From contig JAAOMT010000134.1 in the NCBI GenBank assembly GCA_016748015.1, forward strand, positions 998,757 to 1,062,756: 64,000 bases of DNA, in the 5' to 3' direction. The notes under the pieces are model-generated. The model saw nothing but the letters and a program-made list of their open reading frames with translations, was not told where the DNA came from and ran no database searches. The DNA comes from Geosiphon pyriformis uo1. Its lineage: Eukaryota; Fungi; Glomeromycota. This document shows positions 51,419-62,475 of the stretch, one piece after another (within the stretch, counting starts at the first letter, position 1; each line of letters opens with the position of its first letter). Position numbers and translations under genes: made by a program.

Positions 51419-54400
51419 TTGTCAAATTCTACTTTGTTTCCTATTGTATGGGTGATTATTCATATCTGCCACAACAATCAGAAGAACATTTTAAAGCATA
51501 CAACAAAAACAATCTAGACTCTATTGAACTCAATCCTTTGCCCTTCTGCTTGATTTGCTTCCTCATTGAAGAACAATCCAGCAGACAATTCCAAGACTTT
51601 TGGAACTGGTTCCTGAATGAGCATTTAGCTGAAACCTATACAGCTTATACAACTTATTACTTTGACCAAGCTTATTTTGAAGACAACTTTGAAGAAAGAA
51701 ACAACAGTATCAATCAGCTCTTATATTCTACAATCTTTGAACAACAGTCCCCTGATTTCGAATATCTGAATCATCAAATTCACATTTGAATTGCTGCCCA
51801 TCAATCAACAGAAACTCTTCTTAAAACAGAAGAAGAAAGCTATCAAACCACTTCTGTTTTTAATCTCTTTTCAAGTAAATTAGAACACTCCACACAAATA
51901 GTTACACCTGAACCAATGGCTCAAGACCCTCTGCAACAAAACATTTTGATTGCTCTCCAAGGTATACAGACTGCTTTAGGGTGAAGAAACAACATCTTAT
52001 TACTATTATTCAGAGGTAATGCCCAAGATCCAATCAAATGACTGGATGATTTTGAAAGAACTGTCACAGCAAACCAATATGATAATGAATACAAGTTCTA
52101 AATTGTTGATGGCTATCTTCAAGGCTCTTTTGCTACTTGGTTCTCACAAAAAACCAATACCAATGCTCAACAAAGAATCATTAGATGGGCACCAGCAAAT
52201 GCTGAAGAAGACAACACTTCATTTACTACTTGGTTTGAAATGAAATTTAGAATTCCTATCTTAATCTCAAAATGACATATAAAATTAGAAAAAAGAACTT
52301 AAGGCCTTGGTAAGGTTGTAACAAAATATGCCAAAGCAATAAAAAAACTCATTAAATAAGTAGACTCTGGAAAAAATTAGACAGAAAAACAAAAGATTCA
52401 TTCCTTTACAAAAGGACTGAAAACTGATCTATCATATGCTTTTTGGCCTCTTCTGGCCTTGAAAGATAATCCCACAATGGATATGGCCATTGAACTTGCT
52501 TAGAGAATAGAAGACAATCAAAGAATACACCTAGGATCCACACTTCCAGTTTTTGCTCCTGCTCCCCAAATGGCTGTTACCTCTTTTGCTGCCCAAACTC
52601 AAGACCCAAATGAACAGTTAATAAATAGACTTACAGCTAATTTTGTCCAGCTATTAGAACTATTAGCCCAAGCAGTTAGAGACAACCAGCAACCCCAAAG
52701 ACTCAGATTTGAACTTCACTTCAATCAGCTTCAGCAACCACCATATCAAAGACAACAAAATCATGGCCCACCTGTGTGCTATTACTGTGGACTAACTGGA
52801 CACTTTTCCAAAGACTGTAACAATCTTCTATTGCCTCCTCCAGCTCCCAGAAATAATGACATCCAGAATAACAGACCCAACAATAATAATGTTCCAATTA
52901 TGCCAATATCAATTTCTTTGGAGAGGATCCCTTGGTTGAAGTTACTGTTTATCAGCCTTTAAACTGGTAGGCGCATCTTCAAAGGGTGAGAGTACAAGCC
53001 AATCAGAAGAAAACCCCTTTTATGCTTTTAACCTAACTGATAATGATCATAATATAGATAAACTAGTAATCAACCTCTCTGAATCAACCAGAAAGAAAAA
53101 GAAAGCCAAGGTTGATTTTGTCTTGAACCCAAACAAAGCATCCAAATCATCTGCTAATAACAATAAACCACCAAAGGCTAAGGTTTTTAAAAATCTCTCA
53201 AAGTTGAAATCCCCAGAAATTATACAAAAATTTAGGCCCTATTTTGTTAAAAATCTTATGGAAACTCCAGCACACATTATATTTGGCCAACTGATGACTC
53301 ATCTACAGTTCAGAAAAAATCTTTGCAAATCATTGATACCAAAGAAGAAAACACCAAAAACCAACAAATGCTTTTGTCAAGCTGAACTTGCTGATAACAG
53401 CAATGTCACTCCTCTGATTTGTAAAGCCCAAATGGCTGGTTACTTTATTGATCTGATCCTAGACAGTGGATTATCTGTTAGTGTAATTGCCAAACATTTT
53501 CTTGAAGCAATTGGCAGAAAGATTAATGAACCTTTCACAAGATCAATGACCAACATATATGGTGACAAGAAGAAAGATCTGGACATAGCCAAAGCTATTC
53601 CTATTCGCATCAATAATATCAGTATTGAAACTGATATGGAAGTATTTGAAACAAAAAAGTACACCATCATTGTTGATAATAAATAGCTTAAAAAAGCCAA
53701 AACACTACTTGACTATGAACTTTGTAAGCTAACCATCAGATGTGATAAGAAATCTATTGTGGTTAAATGCCAACATTGGACAACTCCTCCAGTACCCAAA
53801 CAGAACCAAGAAGAAGAACAATCAAATGAATCAAATGATAATGAGAGTGATGATAAAGATCAAAAAGAACAAGAAGAAACTGCTGAACTTGTCTATACCA
53901 TCTTCACCAGCAATAGCAAGCCACTAGATAATATTAAAGCTAACAAAAAAGGAATTATGATAAATGGCAAGTTGATCTGTTGGCCCTACTATGATATCCT
54001 CAGAAGAATCTTTGACAGAAAACCTGACAAGAAAGCAAAATACAGTTATTAGTAGCATGGCTCTTGTGTACAGTGCTAGTATAATAAACTTTTGTATTTA
54101 CCAAGTAATGAATGTAAATTCTGCCTAATTTATTACAAAAATTGAGAACCAATTAGCTTAATACCTCGAGAAGAACTTAAAGAAATACAAAAGTTTTTTG
54201 AGAATAAACCACCTAAAATCCAATCATTAGTTATAGAACAAAGAGAACCTTCTCTTAAAGAAAAAAAAGTGAACATTGAAAATTTGTTGGTTAGAAATAG
54301 TCCAGTTATCTTAAAAGAAGATGATATTCTTGGATGAATCCATGTAATACAACACACCATCACCACAAAAAAAACTCATCTCATCTATTTGAAGTCTTAT

Positions 54401-56968
54401 TAATTCAATTGACATAATGATGAATTTATCAAGAAAGAAATAAACCAGATGAAAGATCTTGAATTCATACAAAAAACCAAGAGTAAATGGGCTTTTCCAG
54501 TTGTAGTGGTATCCGAAAAAGATAGAACTCTATGCTTCTGTGTTGACTACTATCAATTAAATGCCATCACTATAAGAGACATATACTTACTCCCCAAAAT
54601 TGATGCAATGCTAAATAAATTCAATAGTGCTGCTTTCTTCTCAACCATTGACTTAACTGCTAAATTCTGGCAAGTAGAGATGAATCCAGAAAGCAAAAAG
54701 AAAACTGCTTTTATTACCAAGTATGGCATCTATGAATTCACAGTCATGCCTTTTGGTCTCACCAATGCTTCTTCCATCTTTCAATGCCTAATGGATAAAG
54801 TTTTTGAATCAGTAAAAGAAAACTTTGTTCTGGTTTACTTGAATAACATAATGGTATATTCAAAAACCTGGGATGAATACCTTGAACATTTACAAAAGGT
54901 TTTTGACTTGCTCAAAAATGCTGGCCTTAAGATCAACCCAATCAAATCTTTTTTTGGACACCAATCCACCCAGTTTCTTGGTTATCTTATTACAAAAGAT
55001 GGAATCTTTCCTGACCCAGCTAAAGTTGAAAAAGTCCAGAATATTAGACAACCAATGAATGTTCCTGAACTATGCTCTTTCCTTGGTTTGGTCTTTTACT
55101 ATCGCAAATTTATCAAGGATTTCTCAAAAATCATCTTTTTTCTCAATTAGCTACTCAGAAAAAATGTCAATTATCACTGAAGCACTCATCAACAAAAAGC
55201 TTTTAAATTTCTAAAGGAAAAACTTGTTACTGAACCAATTCTTAAACAACCTAATCTGAACCAATCTTTTATTTTTCACATTGATGCATCTGGTTATGGA
55301 CTTGGTGCTATCCTTTCACAAAAAGATGAAAATGGCAGAAAACATCCCATAGCATATGCCAGTAGATTCCTCACACCAGCAGAAAAAAACTATTCAGTTA
55401 CTGAACAAGAATGTTTAGCAGTAGTTTGGGCTACTAGCTACTGGGATCAATATCTTCTTGGTGCAAAATTCTTAGTGGTAACAAATCATTAAGCTTTGGT
55501 TTGACTGTGCAAAAAAAAGAAGCTGGAATACAAATGAATAACTTACTGGATACTTCACTTGGATGAATTCGACTATGATATTCAACACTGCAAAGGAGCA
55601 AATCATCAAAATGCCAACGCTCTCTCTAGACTTACCATCTAGTGATAGTACAATCTCTCAAACCAAACCAACTTAATTATTAGTAACCCTTTTACAAACA
55701 AACACAATAATAAACTTGGACAACTAATCTGCTTTAATGGAATTTTTGGGTAAAAGACAATACCCACCAGAATACACTCAACATCAAAGAGAACATTTGC
55801 ACAAACAATCAAATTTTTATTTGATTTATCAGAACCAATTATACAAAAAAAACAGAAAAGATTCTAATCACCCCCAGAGAGTCATCAGGTTTAAAGAAAA
55901 AGAAATTGTAATATACAATATACACACTGACCCATTAGCTGAACACTTTGGAAAAACAAAAACAATTCAGAAAACTTTAACTCGTTATTATTGGCCTATC
56001 TTGGAAAAAGACATTGCTGAATACATTAAAACCTGTAACATCTGTTAAAGAAAAGGCAAATCCAATTGCAAAGAAGATATCCATCCAATCTCTGTTGGTC
56101 AACCATTTGACAGAATTGGTATAGATGTTGTTAGAGCTTTAACAATCACTCTTGATGACAACAGATATATTATCACAGCTACCAACTATCTTACAAAGTG
56201 GGTAGAAGCAAGAGCTATTCCAAACCAAACAGCAGTCTCAATAGCCAATTTTATTTATGAAAATATTATTTGCTGTCATGGCTGTCTCAAAGAACTTTTA
56301 TTTGATAGAAAAAGAGCTTTTCTCAGTACACTGGTTGAAGAACTTTGTAGAAAAATGGAAATATGTCATAAACTTTTCTCCTCTTATTATCTCCAAACAA
56401 ATGGCCTAATGAAACATTTCAATAGAACATTATGTAAAACCCTAGCCAAAACCAGTAAAGAAACAAACTTATGGGACAAAGTACTGCTTTTAGCTTTGTT
56501 TGCTTATAGAACTGTGAATTATGACATAACAAGTTATGAACTTTTTTATCTGCTCTATAGATGTATAGCAATACTACCAATAGAAATTGACATTGAAACA
56601 ATACTTTTTGAAGAAATCACAATAGGAAATTACAAAGATATTTTGCAAAGAAAACTTGGTATCATTCTTGACTCCTTGATAGAAGCATGAATAATTGCTT
56701 TTGAAAAGATAAAACAGTTTTAAGAAAAGCTTAAGAAAAAAAAAATCTATAAAACACTTTTTTTAAGTGTTGGTGACTTGGTACTAGAATACTGTTCAGA
56801 CAAAGACAATGTCTATGGTGATAAATTTTTTAGTTGATAGAAAAGACCCTATATAGTCAACAAAGTTTTAAATAATGGCTCTTATATTCTTCAAGATCAA
56901 TCTGGAACAATCTTTAATGATCATTTTGTTTATAGTACACGACTCAAGAAATATCATAAATGACCTAA

Positions 56969-57690
56969 TTGGCTGTCTGTTGTGATAATACCGACCCAAA
57001 TGATCAGCAAAAATCAAGTATAAATAAATGCACCATTCCCAAAACAGAGGTATCTTCAATCGACATAAACAATTATTTTCTGGATCAAAACATCCAAAAT
57101 GCCTTCTATACTTTTTATGAGTATTGGATCAAAAACTACCCAAATACTACTCTGATTATTGGAAAACAGACCACTATAACTGATAATAGTGGAACACATA
57201 CTGTTATCAGACCAAAGAAAACTACTACCAGAAGAAAAAAAATTGGTAGTAAAATGGATAAATATCTGTTGGAAAGTATAACAGCAGTTATACTTCTACC
57301 TTTCAATACAATTGAAAAAACACTCCAAAAAATTTTACTCATAGACAAAAACTTGTTATATAAAAGATAATTAGAACTCTATGGTCATCTTAGTGAAATT
57401 ATAGAGAATATAAAACTCATAAAAAAAACAACTTCAAAGATACAGGCAAAAATTTTGGGCATTATACAGTTAGATATCCCAAGAGTTTTAACTATTGCTA
57501 AAAGAGCCAAAACTTTAATACAAAGATTTGGTCTCTTGGATATAAAACTTATTTCGCCTTGAGTATTATATATTTTATTCACAAAAAACTTTAACAAACT
57601 AGTTAGCTTTGAGTTAAATAAAACTCTTTAAATAGATTACACCATAAATAGCTTGATTTTACTGAAGTTCAATCTCTTTGGAGAGGATGA
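56969..57690 (+). pseudogene. Extra ORF between integrase and 3' LTR of Gypsy B (disrupted)
   Basis: The 133-aa ORF continues past in-frame stops to ...IAKRAKTLIQRFG...ISP*VLY...FNKL...DFTEVQSLWRG*, overlapping the PPT. Confidence 0.6.
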
Positions 57691-60600
57691 TATTATGATT
57701 AAAACTTATACTTCTTATTAATTATCACATGTATTAGTCATTAATATTACATAAATTAGCCACTCTATTTTTAGAAAGTGATCATTGACCTAATCATTAA
57801 CCTAATTATTGACCACTTTTGACAGCTATATAAGTGATAAATCTTTTAGCTGTAGAAAAGCATGTAAAAAATTAAGGAAATCAAATAAATAAAAATAACA
57901 ACTTTCATCTTAATCATTCTCTTATTGCTAATTTCCCTTTTTCTACTTTCAAGTATCTGAACATCTTGGGATAAAAAATTACTTGTTGGTTATTTCTTAC
58001 TCTTTTTCTGACTTGTATAATTGTAACATTTGAAGATTATTGAATAAAATGTGACTGAAAAGTACATCTAATATCTGATATTGAATTTTAAGAGTGCTGA
58101 CATAAGGCATAGAATTATACCAGTATGTGATTATTTGTTGACAGTATGGACTATCCCTCTACCTTTAGATTCCTGGTTATTCTTTAAAAAGTATAGTAAC
58201 TGAGATATTTTATGAGACTAATCTCACATATTGAATCCATATTTATTTAATTTGCTTATTGAAGTTGAAAGCTCTTTGATTATTTCCATTACCCTACAAT
58301 TTTGTTCTCTCTTACTATCTATTAGCTTGTTATTTCAACCTGTAACAGCATGTTTTGTTGCATGTTCCTTCTTGTCCAAGAATGTCATTTCACATTTTTT
58401 TGTTTGGTAGAGTGGTTCTACATGTGAGACAAGATTTGTTGTTCCATTTTCCTTGTCTTTTTGGTCATCCAAAGCATTCAAAAATGCATAAGTGGCAATA
58501 AAACTTTGTTGCAGTTTGCCATTTCTTATCATTGCCACAGCATGTGCCCATTGTGGACAATTTCTTGCCATATTCAACACATATAAGCTTGGATTGATGA
58601 TAATTGGTTTGATGGTATAGTGTATAAGTGGAGATAATGACTGGTGTTGACTCTTCTTTTCTTTCATTTTCTTTTTCTTTTTCCTTCCATGTTAAAATTG
58701 ATGATAGCTTGTTGTGATTGTGATTAGTTCATAAGACTTGGTAGACTTTCCAAGTGGGTTTTTTTTCTTCTTTCTCTAACTCAATTAGTGGTTTTTTATT
58801 GGTGGTGGTCTTGAAATATCCACACATTGCTGGTGCTTGTGTGTGTTGTCCATTTGATTGAGTTGTAGTTTTTGGATGTTCTAGTTGAGCACAGCATTGG
58901 TCTTGAACAGCCAGTCATTATTAACTAGTGCTTGATATTGGGTGGCTTTTATGATGAGGACTTTGATTGGCATAACAATGCCACTGATTTCAAAGGGAAA
59001 GTTGTCAATTTCACCTATTGAAGTCTTTGTTGTCTCATCAGTGGTAATTATTCATGTACTGGTAATATGATTAACTTGGCAATCTAATTGATTCATAAGT
59101 TGTTGGGTGATGATGCTGCCAACTGATTTACTGTCTAGGATCAGTTTAATAAGCTGACCATCAACTTTGGCATCTGTATATATGGTCATAATGAGTTTTG
59201 ATTCTAAGGTGGCTCTACTGAATAGCAGTGTTTCAATTGGTTCTTTGAGTTCAAAAGAAAAAATGGCAGTAAGTAATTCATCTTCAGTAATGGTTGCTAA
59301 CAGTATGTTGTTGGTAGGTGGCTGCTTTTGTTTGGCTTCCAAATTGTTAGATGTGGTGTCTTTTGGAGTAACCAAAAGACTTAAATAGTTCTGGGAATTC
59401 AGATTTTAAATATATTCTGTTTTTAAACTCCATTGTCATGATCCTGAGGATTGGGTTGAGAAACTGAAGATTGGTTGATGCATAACCATTGCTGATTTTC
59501 AGTTTTGTTGAGTATAGGTGACTTTCAGCTTTTGGGTTTCAGTAATTAATTGAGCTGAGTTGGATGGCAGTATTTGAATTTGTTGGGGCTAATAGATTAC
59601 TTAAAGCTATAGCTAATAGATAAGTTGAGGCTGTAGTGGATAAACTACAGGTGCTGGAGGCTAATAAATTGGTGGTTGATAGATTGGCTGCTGCATTATA
59701 AGTAAGTAATTTGGTTGATATGGTTCTGGGTTTGATTAATAATTCAAAGTTTGAAACTGGCAATCAGGATTTTGGTATTGATTTCCCAATTGTGGAATAT
59801 TGCTATAAATTTGGTAACTAGCTCTAATGTGTTCTTGTTTACCACAATTGTAGCAAACACATATCTCTGGTTGTCACAGTTGATTGGTTAATGATGATGA
59901 ACATGTCTGATTTTAGAAACAATTTGAATTTCTTGAATTATTACATCATTGTGGAGGTTGATAGATTGTCTGATTGTTAGCTAAGTATTTATCTAATTTC
60001 TGATTAATTAAATCACTGAACTGCTTTAATTTGAAATCCAAGTCAGATCATTCGTTTATTACTAGATTTATGGCTTGAACATGATTGGCTTCTAGTTTGA
60101 TAGCTTTAAAATCTCTGGTGTAAATGACTGCTGCTCATAAGTTTGCTGGATGCAATAGGCATATATGTTGAAGAATACTACTGCACAGGCCTCTAATGAA
60201 CTGATTTAAGATCTGTAGCATGGTGAAATAATCAGCTTGGATCATCTGAATTTGGTGCAGATTTCTGTAAAAGCATTCTAGATAAGTAGTGACTGCTTTA
60301 GTTTCTTCTTGCTTGATAGTGGTGAAGGTATTGGCTAGACAATTAATACTATTATTGTTGCTAAAATATTGTAGAAACTCAAGCTTAAATGTGTTGAAAT
60401 CCTGAGATTTGTTGGCTAAGCTTTGATACTATGAGTTGATGGTATTCTAAAAAAAATACGAGATGGCTTAGAGCATTCTGGCATTATTCCAACTGTTGGC
60501 TGCAATGGCTTTTTCATATTGTTCAGCCATACTTGGGTGTCATCTTCTTCACTGGTAAATTTTTCTATTTTGGCAATTGGAGCATAGGTTATTGGTTGTT

Positions 60601-61553
60601 GTTGTGGCAGTTGTTGAAATAGTTGTTGTGGTTGTTGTTGAAAGAATACTTGCAACTGTTGAATAAGTTTGGCAATTAGTTTAATTGGTAGCTGATTGAT
60701 TATGATTACTGGAGATAAGTGTTGTTAATTAATTATGTTGGGGTTTGGATTGTTCTGATTTTGTGGAGTTTGAATATTTGGGGTTTCAACTTCTGGGTTT
60801 TCTAAAATCGAATTTCTCTTATTATTTTCTTGATTACTATCTTTTTCTTCCTCGAAATTGGTTATTTCCCAAGGATTAACGGTTTTGAAATCTGGTTGTA
60901 ATGGTAGTAATTAAGTTCCTGATGGCATTAAGAATTATAAATTAAATTTCTCAAAGTAATTGCCATATGTTCCCAATAACTCTGTTTTCTTTTGTTTATT
61001 TTGAAATAGGATTCTGTTTAGTGGTATTGTCATGTTTATAGTGAATGCATCTGTTGATGTTATATTGATGGTGCTTCTGGATATGTAATAGTATGATGGA
61101 TTAGCAGGTAAATTGATTTTCTATTTCTTTCAAATGAGTAATTGTATTTGTTTTGGAGTTTCTACTGGTGTTTGTAATCTTCCTTTTTCTTTGTTGGCAA
61201 AGGTGATAAGGAATTTTTGTTTGGTGTATTTTTCTATTTTTCTATTTATTTCCATAATTAGTAGTGCAAATAAATAATTCTGTAGCAGTGTAATGCTTTA
61301 GAGTAGTTCACTGAAAAAATTGTTGAAGGCAAATTCTGAATCTTCTTGGCCTCTTAAGTAATATATTATTTTTTTGTTGATGTAGCAATTGAAAGCTGAT
61401 TCTGTTGGCCAACTATTATTTGTTAATTAAAAATAGGTGTGATAATGTTGGAATAAAGATTTTGCGAATTCTAGATGGTTTGTCTCTGTTTCTTTGAATT
61501 CTGCTACTGTTTTGGATGGGTGTTGTTGGTACCAGTTCTCTATTGGATTATAC

Positions 61554-61571
61554 TTTACAGAGAACACCAAA
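61554..61571 (-). promoter_or_regulatory. Primer-binding site of Gypsy A
   Basis: Minus strand TTTGGTGTTCTCTGTAAA directly after the 5' LTR; a transition-decayed version of a B-like PBS. Confidence 0.7.
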
Positions 61572-62475
61572 TGTTACAAGTAATTATTTGGGGTCTCAAA
61601 ACAAATAACAAACCTGTAATTTGGTGCTTAATAGCTAGTATAATGATATTGGTATCTGAAGATTTTGGTTGTCTGAAGGTTTAGGTTAAGTTCTTTGTAT
61701 AATAGATAAAGATTCCTTTATTATTTTATTTATAGCTTTCCAGAATTACAATTCCATCAATTTTTTTCTCAGTTTGGTGGCCAGCAATTTTCTGGTAAGC
61801 AATCCATAATTTTTATGTATTCTACTTACTTGCAGAGATCTTTTACTAGGCAATTCTTGATGTCAATAACTCAGTACTTAATTTTTTAATTAATTAGTCA
61901 ACAACAAGAAATAACAAAATAAAAAAAATAAAAATAAAAAAAAATAAAAATAAAAATAAGCCAAGGCAATAAATGTTAGTATCCCATCAATAGCCATGAT
62001 CAAGAGCTATTGTTTCAGTGTAGTTAAGTATCAATTACTATTAATATTTAGAGTTGATAATAAGCAATTGGATTTGAGATGCTAAATAAGTATATTTATT
62101 GATATTTTGGAATGATATATTTTTAACTAGAAATAGTAATTAATAAATTTCTGTCTGGAGATTCTTTCTTTTTTGCTTTTACTACTACTATTATATATAC
62201 ATATTTTCTAGTTTACAGGATTGCTTTGGATTGTCTGTTTTTGCTAGTTATCACTTCGTTTTTTTACATTATAACTAATTATTCTATATTATAACACATT
62301 ATCTAACATTATTATACGTTATTCTGTATTATCTTGCATTATAACATGTTATCCTATATTATAATGTATTATCCAATGTTATTGTGTATTATTCTGTGTT
62401 CTTTTATATTTTATCACATTTTTTAGGTCATGTTTTTCTTTCTTTTTTTGATAGGCTTTCTTTCTTTAAGTAATA
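61572..62475 (-). repeat. 5' LTR of Gypsy A
   Basis: Colinear with 42762-43687; followed by the TSD GTAT. Confidence 0.9.

Larger units (their letters stand above)
50727..58347 (+). mobile_element. Full-length Ty3/Gypsy LTR retrotransposon B (degenerate), nested antisense in A
   Basis: LTRs 50727-51395 and 57691-58347; exact TSD GCAT; PBS TGGTGCTTTCTGTGAGG at 51402-51418; CCHC CYYCGLTGHFSKDC; PR LILDSG; RT 54449-55150; RH DASGYGLGA; IN 55900-56960; PPT GGAGAGGATGA before the 3' LTR. Confidence 0.95.
42762..62475 (-). mobile_element. Ty3/Gypsy LTR retrotransposon A (degenerate): gag-PR-Cys-rich-dUTPase-RT-RH-IN-extra ORF, with three nested insertions
   Basis: LTRs 42762-43687 and 61572-62475; exact TSD GTAT (42758-42761 / 62476-62479); PBS 61554-61571; PR LILDSKS ~59130; RT VYLNNI ~47765; integrase 45960-46760. 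Confidence 0.92.

Noticed and set aside
51780-56960. In-frame TGA/TAG as recoding or an alternative genetic code
   Set aside because: Stops fall at expected TGG/CAA/CGA codons and are confined to TEs; host genes use the standard code.
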